A DNA stretch of 64,000 bases. Origin: an uncultured bacterium. Lineage in GTDB: Bacteria > Abyssobacteria > SURF-5. The stretch covers positions 32,001 through 96,000 of the forward strand of contig CAZSKP010000003.1 in assembly GCA_964607485.1 (NCBI GenBank). Reading direction: 5' to 3'. Numbering within the stretch: position 1 is the first letter of the stretch; each line of letters opens with the position of its first letter. This document shows positions 45,694 to 55,187 of the stretch, piece after piece. The notes under the pieces were generated by a model that was not told the origin of the DNA, did no database searches, and was given only the letters and a program-made list of their open reading frames with translations. Position numbers and translations under genes: made by a program.

Positions 45694-48243
45694 CTAGGTG
45701 CCCTCCAATGCTTCGATTGCGCGTTTCAGGTCTTCTATCAGAAACGGTTTCTCCACCACCGTGCATTCGATCGCGGCGAAGAATTCCCTGAACTCCTCGC
45801 TGAGAGTATCGCCCGTTGAGAAGATCATCTTCTTCGACAATTCCGGATTCACTTCCCGAATCCTATGGTACAGAGCCTTGCCGTCCATTCCGGGCATTTT
45901 CAGGTCGCAGATGAGGAAGTCGAACTGCGACGTCGCAATCATCTGCAGAGCCTCGTCGCCGTTGTGGGCCTTTTCCACGCTCAAGTCCATCTGCGTTAAG
46001 ATATCGGTCAGCAGGTCGAGGATTACCTCCTCGTCGTCGACCACGAGCGCCAGACCCTTCTTTGGCGCGGCCGAAGATGTTCCCGATGCGGACGCGTCCG
46101 CTTCCACGGCCTCCGTCCGAGCGTCGACCAGGGGGAATTCGAGCCTGAACGTGGCCCCGTGGGGATGTGTGTTCTCGGCGGAGATATGTCCGCCGTGTTC
46201 TTGCGCGATGCCGTATGCGACGCTCAGCCCAAGCCCCGTGGCCTCTCCGACTTCCTTGGTCGTGAAGAACGGGTCGAAGATTCTGGACAGGTGTTCCTGG
46301 GGTATGCCGGGGCCGTCGTCCGAGATGAAGACGCGCACGCAGTTGTTGCGTCGGTCCGTTTCGGTTCTTATCTCTATCTTCCCGCCCGTCTTGCCGGCTG
46401 CAACGGCCTGATGGGCATTGTTGAGCACGTTCAGGACCACCTGTTGCATCTGGTAAAAATCCGCCATGATGTGGGGCTGGTCGTCGTCGAGTCGAGCGAC
46501 GAGACGGATGCCGTCCATACACACCTGCTGCTCTCTCAAATCGACAATGCTCTTTACGATCTCATTCATGTTCATGGGCAGCTTCTGAGGCTTGTCACGC
46601 CTCGCAAACCCGAGCAGGTTCTGGACTATTCTCTTGCATCGCAACGCCTCGCGGTTGATCTTTTCGAGAGCGTCTCGGTATTGGGATTCCAAAGACAGTT
46701 CGAGCAGGAACTGGGAGTAGCCCATGATGCCCGTCAGGGGATTGTTGAGCTCATGCGCGACGCCCGATATGAGTTCGCCCATGGCTGAGAGCTTCTCGGT
46801 CTGAACGAGCTTGGCCTGCGTCGCCTTGAGCTTTGCCATCGATTCTTCGAGTTTGCGGTTTGTCTCGACGACCGACTCGTGGAGCTTCCTGAATTCCTCT
46901 TCGCGCTTTGTCTCGGCGGTCGCGTCGCGGGCGATGCACATCACACCTTTCAGCTCGCCGTCTTCCTCAACGAGCGAACTATTGATTTTCAGGTAAACGT
47001 CCTCACCCTTCGTGTCCTTTATCCGCATGGGCAGCACGTCGTCGCCGCCCTTGAGTCCTCGCGTCCATCCCGCCATCGCCTCGGGCAAATCCTCGGGACT
47101 GACGATGTCGGCGAAATGGCGGCCGATCCAATCTTCAGCCTTAAAGCCGGTGATTTGTTCGGCCCTCCTGTTTATCGAAACGAATCGTCCCTCAGTGTCG
47201 AGAATAAAGATAATATCGATGGCATTTTCGATCAGGTTGCGGTACCTCTGCTCCGACCTTCGGAGCTCGCCGTAAAGCTCCGCGTTTCTCCACGCCACGG
47301 CCGCCTGGTCGGCGAACAGGCTGAGACTTTCGATCTCCGCCGGCGTGAACGTACGCGTCGTGGCGAGCACCACCGTCATGAAGCCGAATTCTTCGCCCGA
47401 TTCGAACATCGGAACCACGAGCGTCGCCTTCACGCCCAAGTTGGCAAGTGCTCCGGGCGCGTGGATGCGGGAGTCTTGCATGACATCTGCGCTGAAGACC
47501 GGCCGTTTTTCCCTCAGTGCTACGTCGAACAGTCCCTCCGCTCCCCTGGAGCGCCGTCGTATCAGTGTGAACTCGTCCAGGAACTCCTGGAGGTTCTTCT
47601 GTATCGTCTCCTCAAGCGCGGGCCCGGCCATGGACTGCTTGAGCACGAGGTCTCCCGTTTCCCTGTCCACCATGTGTATGGTGACGGCATCGGCGACGGT
47701 CGTTTGCAGAACGCCCTCGCATATCGTCTTGAGGACCTCGTCGGTCCCGATGGAGGGGTCGAGCATGCGATGCATGACTTCGTCGAAGAGCTGTATCGAG
47801 AGGAGCTTCTGTCGGGTTCCTTGCTGCGACTCGTCTGTGACGGTTTCCTCTGCGCGACGGCCCGTTGTCGGCTGACCGGGGGGATATGCGGCTGCGACGA
47901 TTCGCCGCGCGTCGGAGAAGAAACTCGCCGCTCGCAGCAGCTCCTGCAGAATGGATTGCTCGGAGGAGTCGCGCCGCGGCAGCTCGAGCATCGCCCTCTC
48001 CAGGCTGTCCAGGGCGGCGATCTGGTCGGCGAGGCAGTTGGAGGCGGCGGCATTTTGTGAGGCCGCGGTCATCCTGACCTCGAGCGCCTCCGGGTCTTCG
48101 CCCTCGAGCATCGACAGCACACAGGAAAAAGCCGCCTCCTGAAGCGGGCGGAGTCGGGGAGCACCCTCGGTTGCTGAGGAGATTTGGGAGAAGATGTCGG
48201 CCTGGCTTTCAGCCAGAATGCGACGTAAGCTTGTGGCAGACAT
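45694..48243 (-). CDS. Cytoplasmic GAF-PAS hybrid histidine kinase
   Basis: N-terminal helical domain, GAF, PAS/PAC, GVAHELNNPL, DDGPG, FFTTKEVGEATGLGL, receiver with DLKMPG. Confidence 0.93.
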   Translation of the reverse strand: MSATSLRRILAESQADIFSQISSATEGAPRLRPLQEAAFSCVLSMLEGEDPEALEVRMTAASQNAAASNCLADQIAALDSLERAMLELPRRDSSEQSILQELLRAASFFSDARRIVAAAYPPGQPTTGRRAEETVTDESQQGTRQKLLSIQLFDEVMHRMLDPSIGTDEVLKTICEGVLQTTVADAVTIHMVDRETGDLVLKQSMAGPALEETIQKNLQEFLDEFTLIRRRSRGAEGLFDVALREKRPVFSADVMQDSRIHAPGALANLGVKATLVVPMFESGEEFGFMTVVLATTRTFTPAEIESLSLFADQAAVAWRNAELYGELRRSEQRYRNLIENAIDIIFILDTEGRFVSINRRAEQITGFKAEDWIGRHFADIVSPEDLPEAMAGWTRGLKGGDDVLPMRIKDTKGEDVYLKINSSLVEEDGELKGVMCIARDATAETKREEEFRKLHESVVETNRKLEESMAKLKATQAKLVQTEKLSAMGELISGVAHELNNPLTGIMGYSQFLLELSLESQYRDALEKINREALRCKRIVQNLLGFARRDKPQKLPMNMNEIVKSIVDLREQQVCMDGIRLVARLDDDQPHIMADFYQMQQVVLNVLNNAHQAVAAGKTGGKIEIRTETDRRNNCVRVFISDDGPGIPQEHLSRIFDPFFTTKEVGEATGLGLSVAYGIAQEHGGHISAENTHPHGATFRLEFPLVDARTEAVEADASASGTSSAAPKKGLALVVDDEEVILDLLTDILTQMDLSVEKAHNGDEALQMIATSQFDFLICDLKMPGMDGKALYHRIREVNPELSKKMIFSTGDTLSEEFREFFAAIECTVVEKPFLIEDLKRAIEALEGT

Positions 48244-48360
48244 AACGAGAAAAGGTTGCGCGACGAGTCCCAAAAGGATAATGCGCCAAAGCTTTTGCGT
48301 TTGTTCGCATTATAGCATAAAGGCGATGGGATTTTCCACAGGGGAAGGGCGTGGAACGAA

Positions 48361-49458
48361 TCAGTATCGGCCGTATTCCAAGGCGCAGCGCAGCATCGCG
48401 CGGATGTTTTCGGGCCGGGAGTTGGGAGGCGCCTCGCATCCGGAGCTGAGAATGAACCCGCCGCCCGGCGCACAGCCGTCGATGAGTTGCCTGCAGGCAT
48501 CTTCCACCTCTTCGGGTGGGCCGAACGCGAGCAACGCGGGAGACACGTTGCCCTTGATACAGAGCTTCTTAGACAATATGCGTTTGGCAAGAAACATGTC
48601 GGAGATGTCGAGTTCGACGACGGCCGAACCGGCCGGAAGCTCGGTGAAGTATTCCAGGAGCGGGTTCCAATTACCATCGAGATGGAGAATGACAAGATAT
48701 CCCGCCCCGGAGTAAGCCAACACCTGCTGTTTGAGCCACGGCCAGGCGAACCGCTCGAACATGGCGGGCGAGACCATCGAGCTGGAGAATTTCAGGCTGG
48801 GAATGCAGATGTTTCTGGCTCTGAGCAGGCGCGCCAGCCGGAGGACGGCCTTGATTATCTTCTGGTTGTATTTCTCGTTTATCTCGCCTATCTTCTCCGG
48901 GATGTCTATCAGGTCGGTGAATCCCTCAGTGCCGCGATAGAACAGCATGAGTTCCGCCGGAAGATACGAAATCATTTCCTGCCAGGGTACCACGTCGCGA
49001 GTACTTTTCCAGCGTTTCATCCAGCGAAGGTGCTTGAGCAGGTACACGCTCATTGTCTTGATGGTGTCCCATCGCCCGATGCGGTCATATGTCATCATGG
49101 CGGAGAACCCCTTTTGCATAACGGAATCGTAGATGTCGGGGCCGGCCTGGACGCTTTCGAGGATTTGCGGCATCTCCAGGTCAGAGAAGCGCCAGTCATA
49201 GTAGAGCGCGCTGTAAAGAATCGGGACGACGGAGGAAAAAGCGAAACGCATCGGAGTGAGGTTCATGGTGTCAGGGAGGCCGTCATAGAATTCGAACGCG
49301 CCAAGAGCAGCGCGGTGGCACGCATCGACGTCCCACACGAAATCTTTCATTCGAGTTCCGGTGACGGCTGCGATGTGGTAAATGATGAAGGGCGAGACGG
49401 GGACCCTGTCGGGCTCTCGCAGGGCGATGGCTTCCGCAACTCGCTCGGCGGACGTCAT
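48361..49458 (-). CDS. Uroporphyrinogen decarboxylase family protein
   Basis: MTSAERV..AI...EPDRVPV, SP.MFERF.WP, LHLDG, CIKGNV, GGGFILSSGC..P....EN. Confidence 0.85.
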   Translation of the reverse strand: MTSAERVAEAIALREPDRVPVSPFIIYHIAAVTGTRMKDFVWDVDACHRAALGAFEFYDGLPDTMNLTPMRFAFSSVVPILYSALYYDWRFSDLEMPQILESVQAGPDIYDSVMQKGFSAMMTYDRIGRWDTIKTMSVYLLKHLRWMKRWKSTRDVVPWQEMISYLPAELMLFYRGTEGFTDLIDIPEKIGEINEKYNQKIIKAVLRLARLLRARNICIPSLKFSSSMVSPAMFERFAWPWLKQQVLAYSGAGYLVILHLDGNWNPLLEYFTELPAGSAVVELDISDMFLAKRILSKKLCIKGNVSPALLAFGPPEEVEDACRQLIDGCAPGGGFILSSGCEAPPNSRPENIRAMLRCALEYGRY

Positions 49459-50276
49459 TTCCTCTCTGGCAAATACGAGGCAGGTTGCTCGACTCGGGAG
49501 AGACAGAATCTGCTCACCTCATCGAACAGGATATGGCGGTCTCTGTCGATGGGAGCCTTGTGCCGGCTGTTCTCAAGACGGATGAGGCGTTTCTCTTTGC
49601 TGCTGACGGAATCGAACATGTATTTTCCGCTGTTTTTCCAGATGACATCGTCGCGGCGCGACTGCACGATGAGTATCGGCGCGTTCACGCGTTTGATGAC
49701 GGCGCGCGTCATCTCCATCGATTCGACGAGGCAGAGCACGCTCCGGGAGGGATAGCTCTTGTAACCGACGAGGTATTCTGCGAGCGTTTTATCGGACAGG
49801 CTGGTGGCTCCAAACTTGGGGATGTTTGCGCCGAACACCGCGCCCAGCTTTGCGACAATCTTTATCGCCTTTTCGCTCGCATAGCCGCCGCGGGGGAACA
49901 CGGGCGCGCAGATGGTTACGATGCCGCCCAGGTCGCGCATCGCGGCCAGTTGGAGGCCCAGCAGGCCTCCCATGCTGAAGCCGACGATCACAACCGACTC
50001 GCAGCTTTCCTGCATTTTCGCATATTCCATCTCCACCATTCCGAGCAGCCTCTGGTTGGAGATGCCGGCGAAATCCTCCAATGAGGTTCCATGGCCGGGC
50101 AGGGTTATTCCCTTCGTGCTTATCCCCTGAGTACTCAGGTGAGTGCCCATCGGTTCCATGAGAGCGGCGGTGTCGCCGAACCCGTGCACCAAGAGACACC
50201 CCACCGGCCCCCTGACAAAGGAAAACGCCGGGGCGAATGTACGCTTCTTCACGCCTGTGCCTGTTGCAACCGCCAA
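49455..50276 (-). CDS. Alpha/beta-hydrolase carboxylesterase / monoacylglycerol lipase-like
   Basis: LLVHGF, LPGHG, GFSMGG nucleophile elbow, catalytic D (RDD) and H (SRH). Confidence 0.88.
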   Translation of the reverse strand: MAVATGTGVKKRTFAPAFSFVRGPVGCLLVHGFGDTAALMEPMGTHLSTQGISTKGITLPGHGTSLEDFAGISNQRLLGMVEMEYAKMQESCESVVIVGFSMGGLLGLQLAAMRDLGGIVTICAPVFPRGGYASEKAIKIVAKLGAVFGANIPKFGATSLSDKTLAEYLVGYKSYPSRSVLCLVESMEMTRAVIKRVNAPILIVQSRRDDVIWKNSGKYMFDSVSSKEKRLIRLENSRHKAPIDRDRHILFDEVSRFCLSRVEQPASYLPERK

Positions 50277-50356
50277 GTAATCTCAACCCCTTTGGGGCGA
50301 GCGTGAAGCCCTGGCAGGCTCGACCATCCCATCGTCGTGGCCGGGGCCCTTTGCTC

Positions 50357-50590
50357 TCAGTAGTAGTAGTGTCCCTTGAACAGGCCGACGTTCTTCAGGA
50401 ATCTGTACGCGCCCATGAGCGCCGCACTGACTATCACAACCATCGAGAACAGGCTCACGGCAAGCGTAAATGTGAAAGCGGAATTAGTGTCCATGCCGAA
50501 ACTCCCGTAGTTCAGAAACGCGAAGGCGACAGGTGCGCCCAGCGCGGTTCCGACAGAAACCTTTAAGGTGTTCTTAACCTTTTTGCTCAC
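50357..50590 (-). CDS. Small two-TM membrane protein
   Basis: 77 aa with two hydrophobic helices; G-rich RBS before GTG. Confidence 0.65.
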   Translation of the reverse strand: MSKKVKNTLKVSVGTALGAPVAFAFLNYGSFGMDTNSAFTFTLAVSLFSMVVIVSAALMGAYRFLKNVGLFKGHYYY

Positions 50591-50873
50591 TGTCTTCCCC
50601 CCCAGTCATCGCAGTGCTTGGGGACTCGAAGAACAAGAAGCATGCCAGCCCTTCGCGGCAGGGGGAGATAATTCATAACCACATTTATACCAGGTTGTTA
50701 CAAAACAGACCCGGGTTTGCCGGTCATGCCCCGATTGCCTCTTTGTGCAACCGCGGACATGCATGGATGCAGTATGTTTATTGCGTGGGGATGGGATGGG
50801 AAATAGGAGCCGGCGGAGCGTTAATCCCTTGCAGGCGTGCGAGATGCGCCTTTGCCCGACGAGCTGACAGGAA

Positions 50874-52712
50874 TCAGGTCTTCCCTTTTTTCAGGGCCTC
50901 GGACGCGAGTTTGTCGGCACGCCGGTTCCGCGACCTGCTCACGTGCCGGAGGGAGAACTCGGCGAACTGGCCCCTTAACGCCTGCGCTTTCTGGATGAGC
51001 GGAAGGAGCTTCTTACTCTTGACGCGATAGGCCCCCGTCATCTGACGGACGACGAGCTCGCTGTCGGAAAGGCATTCCACCTCAGTGGCCCCGAGCTTTT
51101 TTGCCTCTTCGAGAGCACGGATGAGGGCAGTGTACTCGGCGTAGTTGTTCGTCGCCTTGCCTATGGCCTCGCCCAGTTCGCGGACGGGTTCCCCCGTCGC
51201 CGGGTTGGTTATCACCACGCCGATTGCGGCAGGCCCCGGGTTCCCGCGAGAGGCGCCGTCGAAGTGGATCACCAGCTTGTGTGGATTTTCCATTTTGCGC
51301 GCCGAGGCCCGAAGAGCCGGTTGCGGAGCCGTTTCGCTGGCTCCGAGGTATCTCCCATACTCGACGGATGCCGCGAGCGACTCTATCGCCCGCGAGAAGC
51401 TTGCGTAAACGGGAATCTGCTGAGATTCCAAGTGTTGGAACAGAATGTCGTGGTACTCCCTGAATCCAACCGAACAGAATGCGACGGGCTTGCCGGGGTA
51501 CTCGGCCTGGAGGTCTCTTATGAAATCGAACGAAATGCCGGCTTCCGGAAACGGCGACCATGTTATCATCAGGCAGGCGTCCGTCTCCGGGTTGCTCAGC
51601 GCGCAGCGTGTGGTCATCTCGAACGCGGGCTGAAAGCCTATCGTCTCGGTGAGCGGCTCGATGTCGAAGGGATGCCTCACAGTCGCCCAATCGGGATAAT
51701 GCTTCTGTATGCCCGCCAGAAGCTCTTCGGAGAAGTGGGCGAGACGGAAGCCGGCGCTTATCGCGGCGTCGGTGGACATGACGGCGGCTCCGCCCGAAAG
51801 GGAAACGATTGCCAGCCGGTTGCCGCGAGCGACGGGCTGATAGGCGAGCAGCTTCGCCTGGTCGATAAGCCGCTGAAACGAACGGACACGCAGAATTCCC
51901 GCCTGTTTGAACGCTCCCGACACGATGTCGTCGTTGCCCGCAAGAGAGCCGGTGTGCGACATTGCCGCCACAGCGCCCTCGCCGGTGTGTCCCGCCTTCA
52001 CGACCACTACCGGCTTGCGCCGCGTGGCGGTCCTGGCCGCTTCGATGAAGCGCCTGCCATCCTTGATGGCTTCCACGTACATCATGATGACTTTCGTGTG
52101 CTCGTCCTTCGCCAGATATTCGAGCACCTCCGCGTCGTCGACGTCGCACTTGTTGCCCAAGCCGACGACTTTGCTGATGCCGAAGCACTCCGAGGAGAGA
52201 ATCCATTCCAGGAGCATTCCCGCAAACATGCCGGTTTGGGCGATAAAGGCGACGGACCCTTGCTTCACGTCCCGGAGAGGGACGAAGGTGGTCGTGAATC
52301 TGTCGCGTGGGTTCAGTATGCCGGTGGTGTTCGGGCCGATGATCCTGATTCCGGCCCCCCGCGCGATTTCGAGAAGCTCGCGCTGGTATGCGGTTCCCGT
52401 TTCGCCCGCCTCTTTGAACCCGGATGAGATGATGAGAACGCCCTTCACCCGTTTCTGGGCGCAATCTCTCATGACGTCGACCGTGGCCGAGGCCGGTATG
52501 GCGAGAATGACGAGGTCGAGCTCGTCAGGAATCTGCGTGACCGAGGTGTATGTCTTCAGGCCGGCGATCTCTTCTCCCTTCGGGTTCACGGGAAATATCT
52601 TGCCCTCGTACCCGAGATTGAAGAGGTTCGCGACGATGATGCTGCCGAATTTCATCGGGTTGCGGGACGCGCCCACGATGGCCACGCTCTTGGGGTTGAA
52701 AAAGAACTCCAT
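50874..52712 (-). CDS. Acyl-CoA synthetase (NDP-forming) alpha-subunit-like protein fused to ribonuclease HI
   Basis: N-terminus FFNPKSVAIVGAS, GPNTTG, AQTG, GNKCD, SHTGSLAG; C-terminal 139 aa (50874-51293) FDGASRGNPG, TNNYAEY, SDSELVVRQ, NRRADKLA. Confidence 0.88.
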   Translation of the reverse strand: MEFFFNPKSVAIVGASRNPMKFGSIIVANLFNLGYEGKIFPVNPKGEEIAGLKTYTSVTQIPDELDLVILAIPASATVDVMRDCAQKRVKGVLIISSGFKEAGETGTAYQRELLEIARGAGIRIIGPNTTGILNPRDRFTTTFVPLRDVKQGSVAFIAQTGMFAGMLLEWILSSECFGISKVVGLGNKCDVDDAEVLEYLAKDEHTKVIMMYVEAIKDGRRFIEAARTATRRKPVVVVKAGHTGEGAVAAMSHTGSLAGNDDIVSGAFKQAGILRVRSFQRLIDQAKLLAYQPVARGNRLAIVSLSGGAAVMSTDAAISAGFRLAHFSEELLAGIQKHYPDWATVRHPFDIEPLTETIGFQPAFEMTTRCALSNPETDACLMITWSPFPEAGISFDFIRDLQAEYPGKPVAFCSVGFREYHDILFQHLESQQIPVYASFSRAIESLAASVEYGRYLGASETAPQPALRASARKMENPHKLVIHFDGASRGNPGPAAIGVVITNPATGEPVRELGEAIGKATNNYAEYTALIRALEEAKKLGATEVECLSDSELVVRQMTGAYRVKSKKLLPLIQKAQALRGQFAEFSLRHVSRSRNRRADKLASEALKKGKT

Positions 52713-52803
52713 GCTCCTCTCCGTGTGTGTTCCCCTCGCGGGCGACGGCTGAGACGACCCCGGCTGTCGCCACCCGAGGCGAGATGTCGTGTCTGCGCGA
52801 AAG

Positions 52804-53232
52804 CTACTGTGCCGTGGGCATCATCAATTCTATGGTCTCGCCGTCGAATCCCTTGAAGAAGATCACTTTGAACGGCCCGAGGTCCTCGGCCTCGGAGTAG
52901 AACTCGATGCCCTTTTCCCTAAGCCTGCGGCAAATCTCGTCAAGTTCGTCCACGCCGAACGCGACGTGCATATAGCCGAGGTCGCATTGCCTGCGCTCGA
53001 TATTCCTGCCCTTTGGGTGGAAAAACTGAAAGAGCTCGATGCGGCAGTTGTTCAGCCGGAGCATGACGATTCGTTCCCTGACTCCCGGCAGGCCGATGAC
53101 TGTTCCGAACTGGGGGATGTCTTCAACCGTGACGTCGAATTCGACCTCCATGCCCAAGATATCCCGGTAGAGTTCGAGCGAGCGTTCCATGTCGCTCACG
53201 CTCAAGCCCGTATGATGTATTTCTTTCAGCAT
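52804..53232 (-). CDS. VOC (glyoxalase/methylmalonyl-CoA epimerase) family protein
   Basis: IHHTGLSVSDMERS..Y, IELFQF, HVAFGV, GETIEL. The track ORF is over-extended; TTGACA-18-TATTAT promoter at 53292-53321. Confidence 0.9.
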   Translation of the reverse strand: MLKEIHHTGLSVSDMERSLELYRDILGMEVEFDVTVEDIPQFGTVIGLPGVRERIVMLRLNNCRIELFQFFHPKGRNIERRQCDLGYMHVAFGVDELDEICRRLREKGIEFYSEAEDLGPFKVIFFKGFDGETIELMMPTAQ

Positions 53233-53317
53233 ATGGTTTCTCCGGATATGGCTGTGCGAGAAGGGCGGGAGACGGCGTCGTATGCAGGTGAATAATACGG
53301 CCTGAAGGCGTCCATTG

Positions 53318-53359
53318 TCAAGCATTGGATTGCTTGAATAGAGCGATTGAATATTCAAT
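53318..53359. promoter_or_regulatory. Two palindromic operator-like sites in a divergent promoter region
   Basis: TCAAGCA-N6-TGCTTGA (53318-53337) and the perfect 14-mer ATTGAATATTCAAT (53346-53359). Confidence 0.5.
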
Positions 53360-53472
53360 GTTCCGGATGCGTCTAAAAAGTAAGACAGAATGTACTGTCG
53401 GAATGGTCGATTTTTTGAGATAGTTAATAAGGGGTAATGAAACGGTAGAATTGATGGATAGGAGGTGTCAAG

Positions 53473-54114
53473 ATGATGCGACACCTGAACATTCGCAACC
53501 TGGTGCTGTCGGCCGTGTTGGCAACCGGTCTGGTGGCATTCAGCCTCACCGGCGAGGCGGTTGCCAGGGATGGACACGGCGGAGGCATGCGCGGCCATCA
53601 TGTGAGCTCAAGCCAATTCAGAGGGAATTTTGGGCGAAACATGGGCGGACGCTCTTTCATGAGCCGTCGCGGGTTTGATGGAGGAAGCCGTCACTTCATG
53701 AGCCGCCGTGGGTTTGATGGAGGAAGCCGTCACTTTGTGAACCGTAGTGGCCGGTTTGATGGCGGGCGACACTTCGCGGACCGCCGCGGGTTCGATAGAG
53801 GCGGACGGCACTTCGTGGACCGAGGTGGCCGGTTCGATGGCGGACGCCATTTCAGAGACGGACGCCATTTCAGAGGCGAACGTCACTTCAGAGACCATCA
53901 TGAGCATTTCGGCCGCCACCATTTCGACCGCGATCGGGATCACACGTTCTTCAGCTTTGGGTTAGGCTTTTATCCGTATGATTACTACTACGGGCCGTCC
54001 TATTACTACGGATACCCATATTACGATTACGGGTATCCATGCGGATACTACGGTCCCGGGTACTACGGATATGGGTACTACGCTAACCCGTACTGCTATT
54101 ACAACGGGTACTAA
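53473..54114 (+). CDS. Secreted low-complexity protein with Gly/Arg/His/Phe repeats and a Tyr-rich C-terminus
   Basis: RBS GGAGGT; Sec signal ending AVA; GG(S)RHF repeats; YYYGP/YYGY tail. Confidence 0.82.
   Translation: MMRHLNIRNLVLSAVLATGLVAFSLTGEAVARDGHGGGMRGHHVSSSQFRGNFGRNMGGRSFMSRRGFDGGSRHFMSRRGFDGGSRHFVNRSGRFDGGRHFADRRGFDRGGRHFVDRGGRFDGGRHFRDGRHFRGERHFRDHHEHFGRHHFDRDRDHTFFSFGLGFYPYDYYYGPSYYYGYPYYDYGYPCGYYGPGYYGYGYYANPYCYYNGY
53656..53904 (+). repeat. Coding tandem repeat: 5 x 39 nt, then about 3 x 18 nt
   Basis: Unit TTCATGAGCCGYCGYGGGTTTGATGGAGGAAGCCGTCAC, diverging 3'-ward; then TTCAGAG... 18-mers. Confidence 0.85.
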
Positions 54115-54371
54115 GCCGCTAGAATCCGAAGGCTGAGCGCGGCTGTGAGATAGTCCTGGTTGGACAATGCCGGAGCAAGTGAATTGTCCGAGCCGCCGTC
54201 GAGCATTCTTGGTTCGACAGGCGGCTTCTTGCTATCAATCCTCGGGCGCTTCGCCTCCCCCGATTTCGCACCGCGCGCCTCTGTGGTGATATAATTCCGG
54301 AGATGCCGGAATGCGGCGAGACAGTCTCCGGTCGCAAGCGCGGCACACCTTCAGCACTCATGCGCATCCCA

Positions 54372-55187
54372 ATGGAAACACTCCTGTCAAAGAAGCGAAT
54401 ATCCGATTATCGGCGGAGCAGGTGGCGCGGAGGGCATAACGCGCGCCTGCGAACGCTTGCGCAAACCGGCAGATTCCTCGACAAGGTCGGCATGTGTCTC
54501 CTCTTCTATTGCGACGACATCCCCCTGCCGAAGCTCTACGACTGTGCTGCGGACGACGCCGATTGGTGGGCATGGAAGGACCTTCTGCAGGTGAGGAGGC
54601 TGGCGTACAACGGCCGGCTGGTCAGGCGCAAGGCGACGCTGGTGTCGATGGAGCTGCTGCCGGCCTTCCTTGCCGTTTACCTGACCGGCGGCGGATATGC
54701 GATGCATGAAGAGGAGTATTACTGGGGAAAGCTCGGGCAACTGGCCAACACGGTGGCCGAGTACCTCGACCGAAACGGCCCCACCCCCACCGATGTCCTC
54801 CGCCGGGCCGTCGTGCCGCAGGGCAAGGAACACACCCGCCGGTTTCACTCGGCCCTGTTCGAGCTTCAATCGAAATTCAAAATCGCGTCGGTGGGCCTCG
54901 AGGACAGGAGCTGGGGCGTGCGCGTGCTCGACCTGTTCGTGAATTGGGTCCCGCCGAAGATCGAGCGGAGCGCGGAGAAGATGACCAGAGATGAAGCCAT
55001 CCGACGAATCTCCGAGGCCTTTCTGAACACGGCCGGAGCCGTTCCCGAGGACCTTCTGCCCCGAATGTTCGGCTGGTCATCCGTCGAGACTCTGCCCGCA
55101 ATCGACTCTCTCGTTTCGACCGGCTCTCTCCGTCGCGGACGTGTCCGGGGCGAGCGCGGCATGTGGCTCATGAATCCGGGAGTGTGA
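54372..55187 (+). CDS. AlkZ/YcaQ-related winged-helix protein (putative DNA-repair glycosylase family)
   Basis: FLDKVGMCLL, WWAWKD.L......YNGRLVRRKATLVS, GP.PT..LR, ALFELQ..F.I. Family recalled from these motifs. Confidence 0.55.
   Translation: METLLSKKRISDYRRSRWRGGHNARLRTLAQTGRFLDKVGMCLLFYCDDIPLPKLYDCAADDADWWAWKDLLQVRRLAYNGRLVRRKATLVSMELLPAFLAVYLTGGGYAMHEEEYYWGKLGQLANTVAEYLDRNGPTPTDVLRRAVVPQGKEHTRRFHSALFELQSKFKIASVGLEDRSWGVRVLDLFVNWVPPKIERSAEKMTRDEAIRRISEAFLNTAGAVPEDLLPRMFGWSSVETLPAIDSLVSTGSLRRGRVRGERGMWLMNPGV

Noticed and set aside
53233..53601. N-terminal extension of the VOC ORF in the track (265 aa)
   Set aside because: It crosses the divergent promoter region and the start of the opposite-strand gene; the VOC fold starts at MLKEIHH (53232).
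53656..53904. Regular repeats considered as a possible CRISPR array
   Set aside because: Units are contiguous multiples of 3 with no unique spacers, they encode a peptide repeat, and there are no cas genes.
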